A stretch of 64,000 nucleotides of DNA from NCBI GenBank assembly GCA_965247095.1, contig OZ251997.1, positions 32,001 to 96,000 of the forward strand, written 5' to 3'. Both the position numbers and the translations under genes were made by a program. Source of the stretch: Candidatus Multivorans sp. GTDB lineage: Bacteria > Acidobacteriota > Thermoanaerobaculia > Multivoradales > Multivoraceae. How positions within the stretch are numbered: the first letter of the stretch is position 1; the number at the start of each line of letters is the position of its first letter. Positions 20,151-30,590 of the stretch are shown piece after piece. The notes beneath the pieces were generated by a model. It saw nothing but the letters and a program-made list of their open reading frames with translations, was not told where the DNA came from and searched no databases.

Positions 20151-23100
20151 CTAAGGGTTTTCCGGCTCGGACGGCGCCGGCTGCAGTTCAACGACCAGGC
20201 CGATCTGGCGTTGACCGGGAGCAATGCTGAGGGGGAGCAGAGCGCCCGCGTACCCGTCGCGGGTGACCCACAGTTGCTCGACGTTTGGGCCCATTTTGAG
20301 TTCGAACCTGCCTCCGTCGTAGCTGGACGTGTTCCCGGCCGTCCCAAGTGCCAGTGCCGCCGTGTTGTCCTCCCTCACCAACGCGGCGATCTGGGCAGCG
20401 TCGCCGGCCCACAACCAGGCGCCCGCAAGCGGTTGACGGGTGGTGCCATCGACGACGACGCCGACGAGAGTTGCCGGGGGCTGGAGATCGATGCGGAGAC
20501 CTTCCTGGTCGGTTTGCAGGTCGATGGAGCGGCTCTCCGTGCCGCCGGTTGGTTGCTGAATCCTCAACTGGTAGGCGCCGGGTTCCAGGCCCTCGATCTC
20601 GAACTCGCCCCGGTGATCGGTTTGCGTCCATCGAAGCTCCTCGCTCCCAGGCTGAACGGTGCCCAGGTATCCACCGATCAGCGGCTCGCCGGCCGCCAGG
20701 ACCTGACCGCTCAGGCGGAGGCCGCGCTCGAAAGGAAGCTCGACGAACACATCCGCGGTGCTGCTTCGGATCGTCACGGAACGCTCCACGGATCGCGCGC
20801 CAAAGCCGTCACCCCGCCTTGCCGCGATCTTCCATTCGCCCTGAGCCAGGTTTTCGAAGGCGAAGGCGCCCTCTGGATCCGGCGCCGTGACTTGCCACTC
20901 GGCGTTCCTCGTGGCGCTGATCTCGACATTGGCCAGATCGGTCGAGTCCAGTCCGGTGACGGCGCCGGTGATCGAGCCGCCGGGTTCCAGCACGATGTCC
21001 ACGCCGTCCACGGACTGCCCGTCGATCTCGATCGGCTGGTCGGGACCGTTCGCCGCGAAACCAGGGGCGCTGGCGGCGAGGAAGTACTTGCCGGGTTCCA
21101 GGCCGGTGAGCTGGAATTGTCCGTTGCGGTCGGAGACCGTCTCTGTCGGCGGGTTGAGGTAGCGGCGGTAGGCGGCAGGCATGTTCAGCGAGTCTTCGCC
21201 TTGGGCTTTGACGGTCGCCAGAGCCAGTGGGGCGCCGTCTGCCGACCGGACGGAGCCTCGAATGGTTCCGCCGGGGCCTAGCTGGATAACGAGTTCGTTG
21301 CTGCCGGGTTCGAGGACCAACTGCGTCGATTCATCCTGGTACAGCTCGTGCTCGACTGTGACCAGCGCGGTGCCGGGGGTAACCCCGATCTGCGCCCGGC
21401 CGCTGGCATCGGTGGTGCCGTACCCGGTCGATGAGAAGGCGCCCTCAGGCCTGACTCGAATCCTCGCGCCGGCCACCGGTTCGCTCAACTGTGTCGAGAC
21501 GACGACCGTCAGTTGATCCTGAGTCTGCAACTGCAGGTCGATCTCGCGCTGCGTTCCCGGCTGCAGCTCGATTCCGTCGGCCTTGGCTGTCGCCTGTCCC
21601 TCGGTGGCTTCAAGCGACCAGATTCCCGGGCCGACGTGCTCGAAGCGGAACCGTCCGTCGCCGTCGGCTCGCTTGCGGAGGTCCCGCGCGTCAACGCCTA
21701 GCCTCAGAGTGAAGTCGTCGGGCTCCAGTCGTACGGACGCGCCGGCAGCGGGCCTTCCATCGGTGTCCACGACCCGGCCGGTGAGCAAGGCGCCGGTCTT
21801 CAACTCGATCACGATCGGTTCTTCCGTCCCCGGTCGCGCTCCACGCAGCAAACGGGACGTGTAGCCGTCCGCGCGGACCTGGAGGTCGATGAGCTCGTGC
21901 GGAAGCCCGGTGAGTTGGAAGGCGCCATCGGCGTCCGATGTGGCGGTGCGCTCCTGGTCCCGGTCCATCAAGCCGAGATACCGGGCGCGTATCGTGGCGC
22001 CGGCCACCGGCTCACGTACCGGATTGGTGACCAGGCCGTGGATCTTCGCGCCGGCCACCAGGGTGAAGACGCCCAGATCGATGTCTCCCTCACCGCCCGG
22101 CACTTCGGCTCTCGGGTTCCCGTGCCTCACGTACTCGGCGTGCGATACCAGAACTTCGTACTCGCCGGCGCTGACCGCCGGGAAGCTGAACTCCCCCCGT
22201 TCGTCCGTCGCGGTGGGTTCGGTCGCGTCAAGACGGTCGCGGAGGAGAAACCTCTCGGTGTCCGCCGACCAGCGCAGCTTGACCTCCGCGCCGGCTACCG
22301 GGCCGCCGTCGGTGTCGACCACTCTGCCCCAGGCCTTGCGACCCTTGGTCAGCACGATCCGAACGGGGTCGGCTGCAACGCCGGGTTCGAAGGGCGGCAC
22401 GTCGACGACCGTGCTCGGAAACCCCTGAGCTTGGGCGGTGAGGCGGTAGGGGCTGCCGTACACGAGATCGGGTAGCCGGAAGGAACCGTCGGCGGCCGAC
22501 GTTGCTCGTTGCGGGCGAAACGACCGCATAGCGGCGCGGGTCCCGAGATTGCGCGGTTCGGCCCAGACGTTTGCGCCGGCAACGGGTTGATCGTAGGCGT
22601 CCGTGACCAGGCCGGCGATGGGCGCCGCGGGTCTCAGGGCGACAGACACTTCGGCCGGGCCGGCGCGCTCCGGCGCCTGGCTGTTGACCCACGCGGACAC
22701 GTAGCCCGCGGCAATGACCTGAACGCGCGTCGCGCCTCGCGCGCGCCGGGTGGTCAGGTCGAAGACGCCGTTTGGGTCGCTCCGCGCGTTGTGCCCGGGG
22801 GAAGCCGAAGCCCAGGCCGCGGCGCCTTCGATCGGAAAGCCCGACGCGGCGTCGACCACGCGGCCTGGAATCCGGAGCGGGTCTTCGAGCCGCACGTCGA
22901 CGATCGGTTCGCCGGTGGCCGGGTCGGCCGTGACCTTCGCCGTGGGCGTACTCCTGGCGAGAGCGTGGTCCGCGCGTTCGAGTTCGTACTCTGTTGAAGC
23001 GTCGGCGACGCGCCCGACGACGGCTGCGCCGGAGTCGTCGGTCACTGCCAGCGGCACGCTGGAGGCGCCGCTGGTACGGATCAGGACCCAGGGTGCGGGT

Positions 23101-23843
23101 TCGCCGTCGGGACCGCGGACTCGAAACCGGACTCCGGCCGTACGGTCGAGACGGAAGGCGGTTCGCCCCGACGCCGTTGTGGCTCTGGCCACGCCGAACC
23201 CGGGCGCGGAAACGGCGATCCTGGCCTCCGCGGTCGGCATCAGGAACCGGACGATGCCCGTGGCATCCGTCGTCGCGGCCGCGCGATGGAATCGGGGATA
23301 GAGCCGCTCCGGCTGTTCGTGCGACGCCACACGCGTACGGCGCTCAGACCTTGCCGCCGTGGGAACAGCGATGACCCGTGCGCCCTCTACCGGTTGATCG
23401 TCCGTGTCCAGCACGCGGACCGCCACGCCGTAGCGGTCGGGCAGCTCGTTGGGCTCAAGAACTCGGGACACCTGGAGCGGCACCAGATCCCCGTAGACCT
23501 TGGGCAGCACGGCGCCGGGCTGGTCGGCGGGCACCGAAGGCCGGATCTCGAAACGGTACGGCCCGGGGAGTGGGGCCGACAGCGAGAAGGCGCCGTCCGG
23601 GCCGGAGTGGGCGCGGTCCACGGCCTCCGGCAGGGCGTCCGCTATGCCCAGGAGGTCGAGGTCGACCTCATACTGGCTCGGATAGGGCCGGAGGACGACT
23701 TCGACACCGGCAGCAGGCGCGCCGCGTTCGTCGACGAGGGTGCCCGAGACGACGAGCGGGTCGCCGACAGGCTGGGCCGAGACGCCGCTCGCGGCGAGGG
23801 CAGCGAGGGTGGCAAGGCCGAGACACAGCAGGAGTTCGCGCAT
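20151..23843 (-). CDS. CarboxypepD_reg-repeat secreted protein, 1230 aa
   Basis: Signal peptide MRELLLCLGLA; many GxVVD..G.PVAGA.V...DG.F.L..L.PG.Y repeats. Confidence 0.82.
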   Translation of the reverse strand: MRELLLCLGLATLAALAASGVSAQPVGDPLVVSGTLVDERGAPAAGVEVVLRPYPSQYEVDLDLLGIADALPEAVDRAHSGPDGAFSLSAPLPGPYRFEIRPSVPADQPGAVLPKVYGDLVPLQVSRVLEPNELPDRYGVAVRVLDTDDQPVEGARVIAVPTAARSERRTRVASHEQPERLYPRFHRAAATTDATGIVRFLMPTAEARIAVSAPGFGVARATTASGRTAFRLDRTAGVRFRVRGPDGEPAPWVLIRTSGASSVPLAVTDDSGAAVVGRVADASTEYELERADHALARSTPTAKVTADPATGEPIVDVRLEDPLRIPGRVVDAASGFPIEGAAAWASASPGHNARSDPNGVFDLTTRRARGATRVQVIAAGYVSAWVNSQAPERAGPAEVSVALRPAAPIAGLVTDAYDQPVAGANVWAEPRNLGTRAAMRSFRPQRATSAADGSFRLPDLVYGSPYRLTAQAQGFPSTVVDVPPFEPGVAADPVRIVLTKGRKAWGRVVDTDGGPVAGAEVKLRWSADTERFLLRDRLDATEPTATDERGEFSFPAVSAGEYEVLVSHAEYVRHGNPRAEVPGGEGDIDLGVFTLVAGAKIHGLVTNPVREPVAGATIRARYLGLMDRDQERTATSDADGAFQLTGLPHELIDLQVRADGYTSRLLRGARPGTEEPIVIELKTGALLTGRVVDTDGRPAAGASVRLEPDDFTLRLGVDARDLRKRADGDGRFRFEHVGPGIWSLEATEGQATAKADGIELQPGTQREIDLQLQTQDQLTVVVSTQLSEPVAGARIRVRPEGAFSSTGYGTTDASGRAQIGVTPGTALVTVEHELYQDESTQLVLEPGSNELVIQLGPGGTIRGSVRSADGAPLALATVKAQGEDSLNMPAAYRRYLNPPTETVSDRNGQFQLTGLEPGKYFLAASAPGFAANGPDQPIEIDGQSVDGVDIVLEPGGSITGAVTGLDSTDLANVEISATRNAEWQVTAPDPEGAFAFENLAQGEWKIAARRGDGFGARSVERSVTIRSSTADVFVELPFERGLRLSGQVLAAGEPLIGGYLGTVQPGSEELRWTQTDHRGEFEIEGLEPGAYQLRIQQPTGGTESRSIDLQTDQEGLRIDLQPPATLVGVVVDGTTRQPLAGAWLWAGDAAQIAALVREDNTAALALGTAGNTSSYDGGRFELKMGPNVEQLWVTRDGYAGALLPLSIAPGQRQIGLVVELQPAPSEPENP

Positions 23844-23896
23844 GCCTCGAGTCGCCTCGAGTTCTTGTCGGGACGTTTGGGTCGTTGGACCGCAGC

Positions 23897-26800
23897 CTAC
23901 CGGTTCGGCGACTCTGGCGCGGCGGGTTGCAGTCGGATCACCAGCCCCTCGACTTGCTCACCCGGTGCGATGTTCAGGGGAATCTGAGTACTCTCGTACC
24001 CGTCGCTAGTCACTCGCACGTGGTCGGCGTTCTCGCGTAGCTCGAGCTTGAACCTGCCCGCGCCTAGAGCGAAAACGGAACTGACGCCGACGAGTGGGCC
24101 GTCACCGTCCCCGCCCGCCGCGATGATGGCAATCGTCGCGGCGTCGGCGGCCATCAGATTGGCCCGGCCGAGCGGCTGGCCGGTCTCGGCGTCGACGACG
24201 ACGCCGGCGACGGTGGCCGCGGCCGGTTTCAGTTCGATGCGGACGCCTTCCATATCGGCCTGCAGATCGATCGACTGGTACTGGGTGCCACTGAAGTCCG
24301 GCCGGCTGATGACCACCTGATTCGGGCCGGGGTTGAGTCCCTCCAGGGCGAAGCGGCCTTCGTGGTCGGCCCGCGTGGACTGCTCTTCTACCGACAGCCG
24401 CGCGCCGCTAAGCGGCGCACCGTTCTCGACCACTTGCCCGGACAGGCGAAGGCCGCGCTCGAAGGGCAACTCGACGAAGACCTCGGTCGTACCCTGCTCG
24501 ATCGTCACGGTCCGTTCGACAGTGCGCTCCCAGTTGCCCTTGATTGCTCTGACGTCCCATGTCCCCGGGCCGATTCCCTGCACGGAGAAGTTCCCCTCGG
24601 TGTCCGTCGTGGCGTCGCGGGAGCGGGGCCCCTTCCGGGCGTACACCCGCATCTGGGTCAGATCGGACGGCGACAGCCCGGTCACGACGCCGGCAATCGA
24701 GGCTTCCGGCTCCAACACGATCTCGATGCCTCCGACGGCGTCGTCATCGATCTCGATCGGCTCGTCCGGGCCGCCGTCGGCGTAGCCCGGCGATCGGGCG
24801 GTGACGATGTAGCGACGTGGTTCGAGCCCAGTGATGCGAAAGGCGCCGTTCTGATCGGAGACGGTGTTCGTGCGGTGAGACTCGGCATCGAACTCGTACT
24901 CGGTTTCGGCCGCCACGGTTGCCAGGGCAAGAGGGGCGCCGTCGTACGAGCGGACCGTGCCGCGGATCTCCGCGCCGGGCCGCAGTTCGAACCGTGCTTC
25001 GTTTTCGCCCGGCTCGAGTTCGACCTTCCGTGACGCGTCACGGAGCTTCTCGTGACTGACCTTGATCGTGGCAGCTCCCGGAGTGATGTCCGTGATCGAC
25101 TGGCCACTGCCGTCTGTCCATCCGTAGCCGCTCGGAAGGCGCTCGCCTGGGGACTCGATGGTGATCTGCGCGTTGGCCACCGGTTCGCCGACATTGGTCG
25201 TGACGATGACGGTCAATCTGTCTCTAGCCCGCAGCAGGAGTTCGATGTCCCGTTGAGCGCCCGGTGTCAGTTCGATCCCGTCGAGCTTGGCTCCCTCCGT
25301 TCCCTTTCGTGCCTCTGCCGACCAGGTGCCCGGTACGAGGCTGTTGAAACGGAACCGGCCTTCGGCGCCAGTCAGCGCGCGGGGAAACGTGTCTTGCGAC
25401 CCCCACAGGCGCAAACCTCCGCCGGCACGATAGTCGCGCTTGATCCTGAGTCGTACCGGGATGCCTGCGACGCCGTTGCCGCCGTTGTCGAGCACGCGAC
25501 CGGTAACGGAGGCGCCGGGCTTGAGCTCGATCAGGACCGGTTCGGCATTGTCTGTGCGCACACCGGCCCGAACGAGCAACGGGTAACCGGGCGCCCGCAC
25601 GCCGATGTCGGCAAGTTCGGCTGAGAGTCCGTCGAGCCGAAAGTGGCCGTCCGAGTCGGTCCTGGCCGTTCTCGGTGCGGATGGGTCGGCGCGATTCTGT
25701 CCTCGGGCCTGAATGGTCGCCCCCGCTACCGGTTCCCCCTCGGCGCCGGTGACCACGCCGTGGATCGTCGCTCCGGCGACCAGGGTGAGGTCACCGAGGT
25801 CGAAGTCCGATTCGTCGACCGGCACTTCAACCTGGACGGGAGGCCGGCTTGCGTATTCGGCGTGAGTCACGCGCAACTCGTACTCGCCTGGAGCCGCGGC
25901 GGGGAACACGAAGGTGCCGTCTTCGTCGGTGGTCGAAGCCGTGGCTGGAGCGTCAAAGCCCGACCGGAACTCGGAGGGATCCAGGGGCCAGAGCAGCGTG
26001 ACTTGAGCGGCTGCAACGCGGTTCCCTTCGGTATCGACGACTGCGCCGAGGACGCGCCGCCCCTTCTCCAGCACCAGGTGGACGGGCTCCGTGGTCAGGC
26101 CCGGCTCGAGCGGCGGCAGGTCGAGAAGGGTGTTCGCGAAGCCCGGCGCGCGGGCAGTCAAACGATAGGCGTGGCCGTAGGGCGCGTTCTCCACTTCAAA
26201 GGAACCGTCCGGAGCTGAGGTCACCGGCCCCGACGTCATCATCAAGATGGCCGCGACCCCGAAACCGCGGGGCACGGCCCGGATCTTCGCTCCGGCAACG
26301 GGTTGACCGGAGCCGTCTGTGACGACAGCGCGAATGGGTGCCGCAGGCGTCAGGCCGATCCTCACTTCGTCAGGGTTCGAAGCCTCTGAGGCGGGGATGT
26401 CGGTCGTCTCGGGGAGGTAGCCGTCGGCCGTCACCTGCAGGCGTGTTGCCGTCTGGGGTGGGGTGGTGTTGAGGTCGAAGACGCCGCTTGGGTCGGCGTA
26501 GACGTTGTGACCGGGGTGGCGCACTACCCAGACCGCCGCGCCGTCGACCGGCAGGCCCGACGCGATATCGACGACTCGGCCGGGAATCCGGAACGGGGCT
26601 TCGAGTCGGACATCGACGATCTGCTCTCCGGAGGCCGAATTCGCGGGAGCCGGGACCGGGGGCGAAACCTGAGCGGATGCGTGGTCGCCCCCTTCGAGGA
26701 CCCAGGTGGCCTCCGAGGCGCCGGCCCTGCTGACGACAGCCTCGCCGTTGTCGTCGGTCAGGCCCAAGGGCGTGTTGGGAGTTCCGAGAGCGCCGGCGGT

Positions 26801-27685
26801 GCCGAGCATGCTGAGGGCGCTGGCGGCGTCGGTAGGGGGCGTTGGGTCGGGTGTGCGGATCAGGACCCCCGGTGCCGGTAGGCCGTTGGGCCCGCGGACA
26901 CGAAGTCGGATGCCGGGGTCGCGCTCCAGGCGAAACGCGGTCCGGCCGGATGCCGTCTTGGCCTTGCCTTGAACGAATCCCGGTGCCGAGACGAGGACAT
27001 TGGCGTTCTCCGTCGGCATCAGGAAGCGGGCGATCCCCTCGGAGTCGGTGCGAGTGGCGGACGGGTGGTAGGAGGGGAGCACCTGCTGCGTTTGCGGGGG
27101 CGTGAAGTTCCCGGCCTGCACATCGCGGACCATCCGGGTGAGCCCTCTCAGGTAGCGCGGCGATACCCAGACGGTGGGGTGCGCGATCACCAGTGCGCCC
27201 TCTACAGGCCGATCGTCGGCGTCAAGCACCCGGACCGCGACCATGTGACGGTTCGGCACTTCGATCGTCTCGGCAACCTTCTGCCCCTGGAGCGGCATGA
27301 GGCTTCCGACGACGACAGGCTGCGCGCGGGCGGGCTGAGCCGCGGGCGCTGGTGGTTCGAACTCCAGCCGGTAGGGCCCGGCCAGACTCGCCGACAGGGT
27401 GTACGAGCCATCCGCATCGGAGCGCGTGCGGTCCACTTCCTCGGGCAGCGCGTCGGGCACGCCCAGAAGGTCGAGGCCGACTTCGTAGTCGCTTGGGTAG
27501 GGGCGGAGCACGACTTCGATGTCGGCGAGGGGAGCGCCGCGCTCGTCGACGAGGGTGCCGGTAACGGTGGCGGATTGGTGGGCGGCGGGCTGGGCCAGAA
27601 GGGCGCCGGCGGCAAGCCCGGCGAAGCCGAGGCACAGCAGTATTTGGGGCATACCTGACCGCAACTCTTGTTTGATGCGAGTCAT
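23897..27685 (-). CDS. CarboxypepD_reg-repeat secreted protein, 1262 aa
   Basis: Colinear paralog of 20151-23843 (GTLVDERGAP...VVLRPYPS.YEV.LDLLG..DALPE.VDR); TACACT 6 nt upstream of ATG 27685. Confidence 0.82.
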   Translation of the reverse strand: MTRIKQELRSGMPQILLCLGFAGLAAGALLAQPAAHQSATVTGTLVDERGAPLADIEVVLRPYPSDYEVGLDLLGVPDALPEEVDRTRSDADGSYTLSASLAGPYRLEFEPPAPAAQPARAQPVVVGSLMPLQGQKVAETIEVPNRHMVAVRVLDADDRPVEGALVIAHPTVWVSPRYLRGLTRMVRDVQAGNFTPPQTQQVLPSYHPSATRTDSEGIARFLMPTENANVLVSAPGFVQGKAKTASGRTAFRLERDPGIRLRVRGPNGLPAPGVLIRTPDPTPPTDAASALSMLGTAGALGTPNTPLGLTDDNGEAVVSRAGASEATWVLEGGDHASAQVSPPVPAPANSASGEQIVDVRLEAPFRIPGRVVDIASGLPVDGAAVWVVRHPGHNVYADPSGVFDLNTTPPQTATRLQVTADGYLPETTDIPASEASNPDEVRIGLTPAAPIRAVVTDGSGQPVAGAKIRAVPRGFGVAAILMMTSGPVTSAPDGSFEVENAPYGHAYRLTARAPGFANTLLDLPPLEPGLTTEPVHLVLEKGRRVLGAVVDTEGNRVAAAQVTLLWPLDPSEFRSGFDAPATASTTDEDGTFVFPAAAPGEYELRVTHAEYASRPPVQVEVPVDESDFDLGDLTLVAGATIHGVVTGAEGEPVAGATIQARGQNRADPSAPRTARTDSDGHFRLDGLSAELADIGVRAPGYPLLVRAGVRTDNAEPVLIELKPGASVTGRVLDNGGNGVAGIPVRLRIKRDYRAGGGLRLWGSQDTFPRALTGAEGRFRFNSLVPGTWSAEARKGTEGAKLDGIELTPGAQRDIELLLRARDRLTVIVTTNVGEPVANAQITIESPGERLPSGYGWTDGSGQSITDITPGAATIKVSHEKLRDASRKVELEPGENEARFELRPGAEIRGTVRSYDGAPLALATVAAETEYEFDAESHRTNTVSDQNGAFRITGLEPRRYIVTARSPGYADGGPDEPIEIDDDAVGGIEIVLEPEASIAGVVTGLSPSDLTQMRVYARKGPRSRDATTDTEGNFSVQGIGPGTWDVRAIKGNWERTVERTVTIEQGTTEVFVELPFERGLRLSGQVVENGAPLSGARLSVEEQSTRADHEGRFALEGLNPGPNQVVISRPDFSGTQYQSIDLQADMEGVRIELKPAAATVAGVVVDAETGQPLGRANLMAADAATIAIIAAGGDGDGPLVGVSSVFALGAGRFKLELRENADHVRVTSDGYESTQIPLNIAPGEQVEGLVIRLQPAAPESPNR

Positions 27686-27774
27686 TCCGAGAGTGTAGGT
27701 GATGGAGCTTCCATGTCCTAGCCTTCTGCTGCAACGGGACCACCGGAGCCGGGTTGTGTGGAATGATTGGGTCC

Positions 27775-28434
27775 GTGAGACTCACAGCCGTAGGTGCGGG
27801 ACGGGGCTGCCCACGGCCGACCTTGGCGATCACCGTGGCCTTGTTGCTTGTCGGTGCCTGTTCCTGGGTCGATCCGCAGTGTTGGGCGCCGGGCTTCCGA
27901 CAGGGAGATTGGCTGGTCAACTTGACGTTGCGCTTGCAGCACTCGATGGCAGTCTGGCCTTACCGTGGCAAGACGTTTACCGAGTCCTACATGCTGATGA
28001 TCGATTCCGCCGGTGGCTTGGAGTACTCGGAAGGGTTTGCTGAGGTGGTGGTTTGCCGGCGAGTTGGCGACGAACTGCTCGGAGACTTGGCCGATGTCTG
28101 GGCGAGCCCGGCACTGGACCGCTCCAGACCGCTGTGCGAACCCGGGTACGCGTATCTTCCGTTTGGCCATGAGCACGCCTGCCGCGCAGCACAGACCGAG
28201 ATGCGGCGACGTTCCCAGGCCTATCTGCCCGCCCTGGAGATGACCTACTATGCTGAGGAAGGCCCGGTCACGGTCTCCTGGGATCTTGAGTCTCAACTGC
28301 CGGAGGAACTCGACGAAGCCGTGACTGGCATGTTGGGGCTGCTTTGCGGAGAGAGCAGGAAGCTTGCCAGGAACCTCAGCCGGAGTCTGCCGGAGCTGGC
28401 CGCAAGAGCGGGCTGCCTGAACGGTGCGGCTTGA
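27775..28434 (+). CDS. Cys-rich hypothetical lipoprotein (paralog B1; start uncertain, 27754-27775)
   Basis: Lipobox LVGA-C; C-terminal WDLESQLPE...LGLLC...LPELAARAGC shared with the next gene. Confidence 0.65.
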   Translation: MRLTAVGAGRGCPRPTLAITVALLLVGACSWVDPQCWAPGFRQGDWLVNLTLRLQHSMAVWPYRGKTFTESYMLMIDSAGGLEYSEGFAEVVVCRRVGDELLGDLADVWASPALDRSRPLCEPGYAYLPFGHEHACRAAQTEMRRRSQAYLPALEMTYYAEEGPVTVSWDLESQLPEELDEAVTGMLGLLCGESRKLARNLSRSLPELAARAGCLNGAA

Positions 28435-29170
28435 GCTTGCTGAGCGCCGGATGGCCAGTCGGCCCGCATCCGGCCGTCTCCTGGCGGTTTCGGTTCTTCT
28501 GCTTCTGCTTGGAGGCTGTGGCTACTACTTGCCGCCATGGCCGCTCGTGGCGGCCGGAGATGCCGGTTGTGTCAGTGCCGGTGAGGGGGCCGAGGCGCCC
28601 CACCGCGGGACGCGGCTGACCTTGGAGATCGCCCCGCTGGATCGCGACTCGGTCCAGCGGTTCGGGCTCCTGCTGGACGGCGACGGGCGGGCGAGCTACT
28701 CCACCGCGTTTCGTGTGACCAGTTGTCTGTTCTTCTCGATGTCGGACCTCGAAGAGTTGGATCGACTCTGGGCGAACGACGAACTGCTCGCGGGCGCGCC
28801 TCAGGCGTGCGGGCCGCGGTTGTCCTTCGTGGATGGCGGGCCGCTTCCAGAGCGTTGGAACTTCAGGAACTGCGGTCCCCACTACCGTTTGGACGATGCC
28901 GACACTTGCCGGTCGGCCGGCGTGGCGATGGCAGGTCGGGCGGCATCGTCGATGCGCAACGTTTGGCTCGAGTACGTCGGACCGGGGGAGGATCCCCACC
29001 TGGACTTCCGGTGGGATCTGGCTTCGCCATTGCCGGAGCTCTACGAGGAGACGCTGGTCGAGACTCTCGGTGTTCTGTGCTCCAGGAGCGGTGAGTTGGC
29101 CGTTGCGCTCCGGGAGCGTCTCCCGGGACGCTTGGCGAAGCAGATCGACTGCCGGCCGGCTGCGCGCTGA
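28424..29170 (+). CDS. Cys-rich hypothetical lipoprotein (paralog B2)
   Basis: Lipobox LLGG-C; WDLASPLPE...LGVLC...LPGRLAKQIDC; start overlaps B1 stop. Confidence 0.65.
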   Translation: MRLELAERRMASRPASGRLLAVSVLLLLLGGCGYYLPPWPLVAAGDAGCVSAGEGAEAPHRGTRLTLEIAPLDRDSVQRFGLLLDGDGRASYSTAFRVTSCLFFSMSDLEELDRLWANDELLAGAPQACGPRLSFVDGGPLPERWNFRNCGPHYRLDDADTCRSAGVAMAGRAASSMRNVWLEYVGPGEDPHLDFRWDLASPLPELYEETLVETLGVLCSRSGELAVALRERLPGRLAKQIDCRPAAR

Positions 29171-29174
29171 GGAG

Positions 29175-30590
29175 TCACGCCGCGTTCGCTGCCTCGAACG
29201 CGGCCGCGATGGCGAGGGTCTTTCGGTCGCTGCCGCGCGGAGTCACGATCTGGATGCCCACGGGCAGGCCGGATGGCCCGATGCCGCAGGGCACCGAGAT
29301 GGCCGGGCAGCCGGTGACGGTGATCGAGTAGCAGGAGGCCATCCAGTCGGTGTAGGTCGTCATCGGCTGGCCTTCGATCTCGGTGGGGTAGGCCTGGTCG
29401 ACGTTGAAAGGCAGCACTTGAACGGTGGGTAGCAGCAGGGCGTCGTACTTCTCGAAGAACTCGACCACCCTGCAGTGAAGGCGGGTGCGTTCGGCCTGGG
29501 CGGCCGCGATCTCAGGCCCGGTGAGCGCGAGGCCGCGCTCGATCTCCTCGATCACGGTGTCCTTCATCTGGTCGCGGTGTTTGGCGAGCAGGGGCCCGAG
29601 CTTGTCGGCGAAGAGGTTGGCCCGGAGGGTGCGGAAGATACGGCTGGCGCCGGAGAGGTCGGGCGCGGCGTCCTCGATGTCGGCGCCGAGGTCTCGGAAG
29701 GTCGAGAGGGCGGCCGTGCAGACCTCGACGACTTCGAGTTCGACCGGGTAGCGGCCGAGGTCGGGGGTCCAGGCCAGTCGGAGGCCGCGAAAATCGGCAG
29801 GCTCGACCGGGTGGAAGGGTGTGGCAGGCGTACGAAGCGCGATCGGATCCCTGGGGTCTGGCCCGGCGATGACCGAAAACAGCAGCGCCGCGTCGGCGAC
29901 GTTGCGGCCCATCGGACCCAGCACGGCGAGGTCATCCCAGCCCTGTTCGGGCGGCACCCGCGGCACCCGCCCCGGGGTCGGCCGGAAGCCGACCACGCCG
30001 CAGAAGCTGGCCGGGTTGCGGAGCGAGCCGCCGAGGTCGCTGCCGTCGGCGATGGGCAGCATGCCGCTCGCCAGCGCCGCCGCCGCGCCGCCGCTCGAAC
30101 CGCCGCATGTGCGGCTCGGGTCCCAGGGATTGCGGGTCTTGCCGAACACCGGATTGAAGGTCTGCGACCCGGCGCCGAACTCCGGTGTGTTCGTCTTGCC
30201 GATGACGATCGCGCCGGCGTCGCGGATGCGCTCGACGATCAGGGCGTCGATGCCGGGCACGTTGTCCGCGAAGATCGGCGAGCCGAAGGTGGTGCGGATG
30301 CCCTTTGTCGGGACCAGGTCCTTGACGGCGGTCGGCAGGCCGAGGAGGGGTTTCGCGGCGGCGGCCTCGGGGTGGCGGCGGCGGAGGTCGTCGGCTGCCA
30401 GCGCATCGGCCCGGGCCCGGTCGGGGTCCAGAGTGCAGATCGCGTTGAGTTCGGGGTTGCGCTCGTCGATCCAGTCGAGGTGGGTGTCGAGGACTTCGAC
30501 GGCCGAAACCTCGCCGCGTGCGATGAGCGCGGCGAGGTCGACGGCGGAGCGGGTGCAGAGGTCGGGGGCGCCGGATGTGGCTGCCGTCAC
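29175..30590 (-). CDS. Amidase (amidase signature family)
   Basis: VKDL, GKTNTPEFG, GGSSGG, GSDLGGSLRNPAS (Ser-cisSer-Lys triad). Confidence 0.93.
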   Translation of the reverse strand: MTAATSGAPDLCTRSAVDLAALIARGEVSAVEVLDTHLDWIDERNPELNAICTLDPDRARADALAADDLRRRHPEAAAAKPLLGLPTAVKDLVPTKGIRTTFGSPIFADNVPGIDALIVERIRDAGAIVIGKTNTPEFGAGSQTFNPVFGKTRNPWDPSRTCGGSSGGAAAALASGMLPIADGSDLGGSLRNPASFCGVVGFRPTPGRVPRVPPEQGWDDLAVLGPMGRNVADAALLFSVIAGPDPRDPIALRTPATPFHPVEPADFRGLRLAWTPDLGRYPVELEVVEVCTAALSTFRDLGADIEDAAPDLSGASRIFRTLRANLFADKLGPLLAKHRDQMKDTVIEEIERGLALTGPEIAAAQAERTRLHCRVVEFFEKYDALLLPTVQVLPFNVDQAYPTEIEGQPMTTYTDWMASCYSITVTGCPAISVPCGIGPSGLPVGIQIVTPRGSDRKTLAIAAAFEAANAA

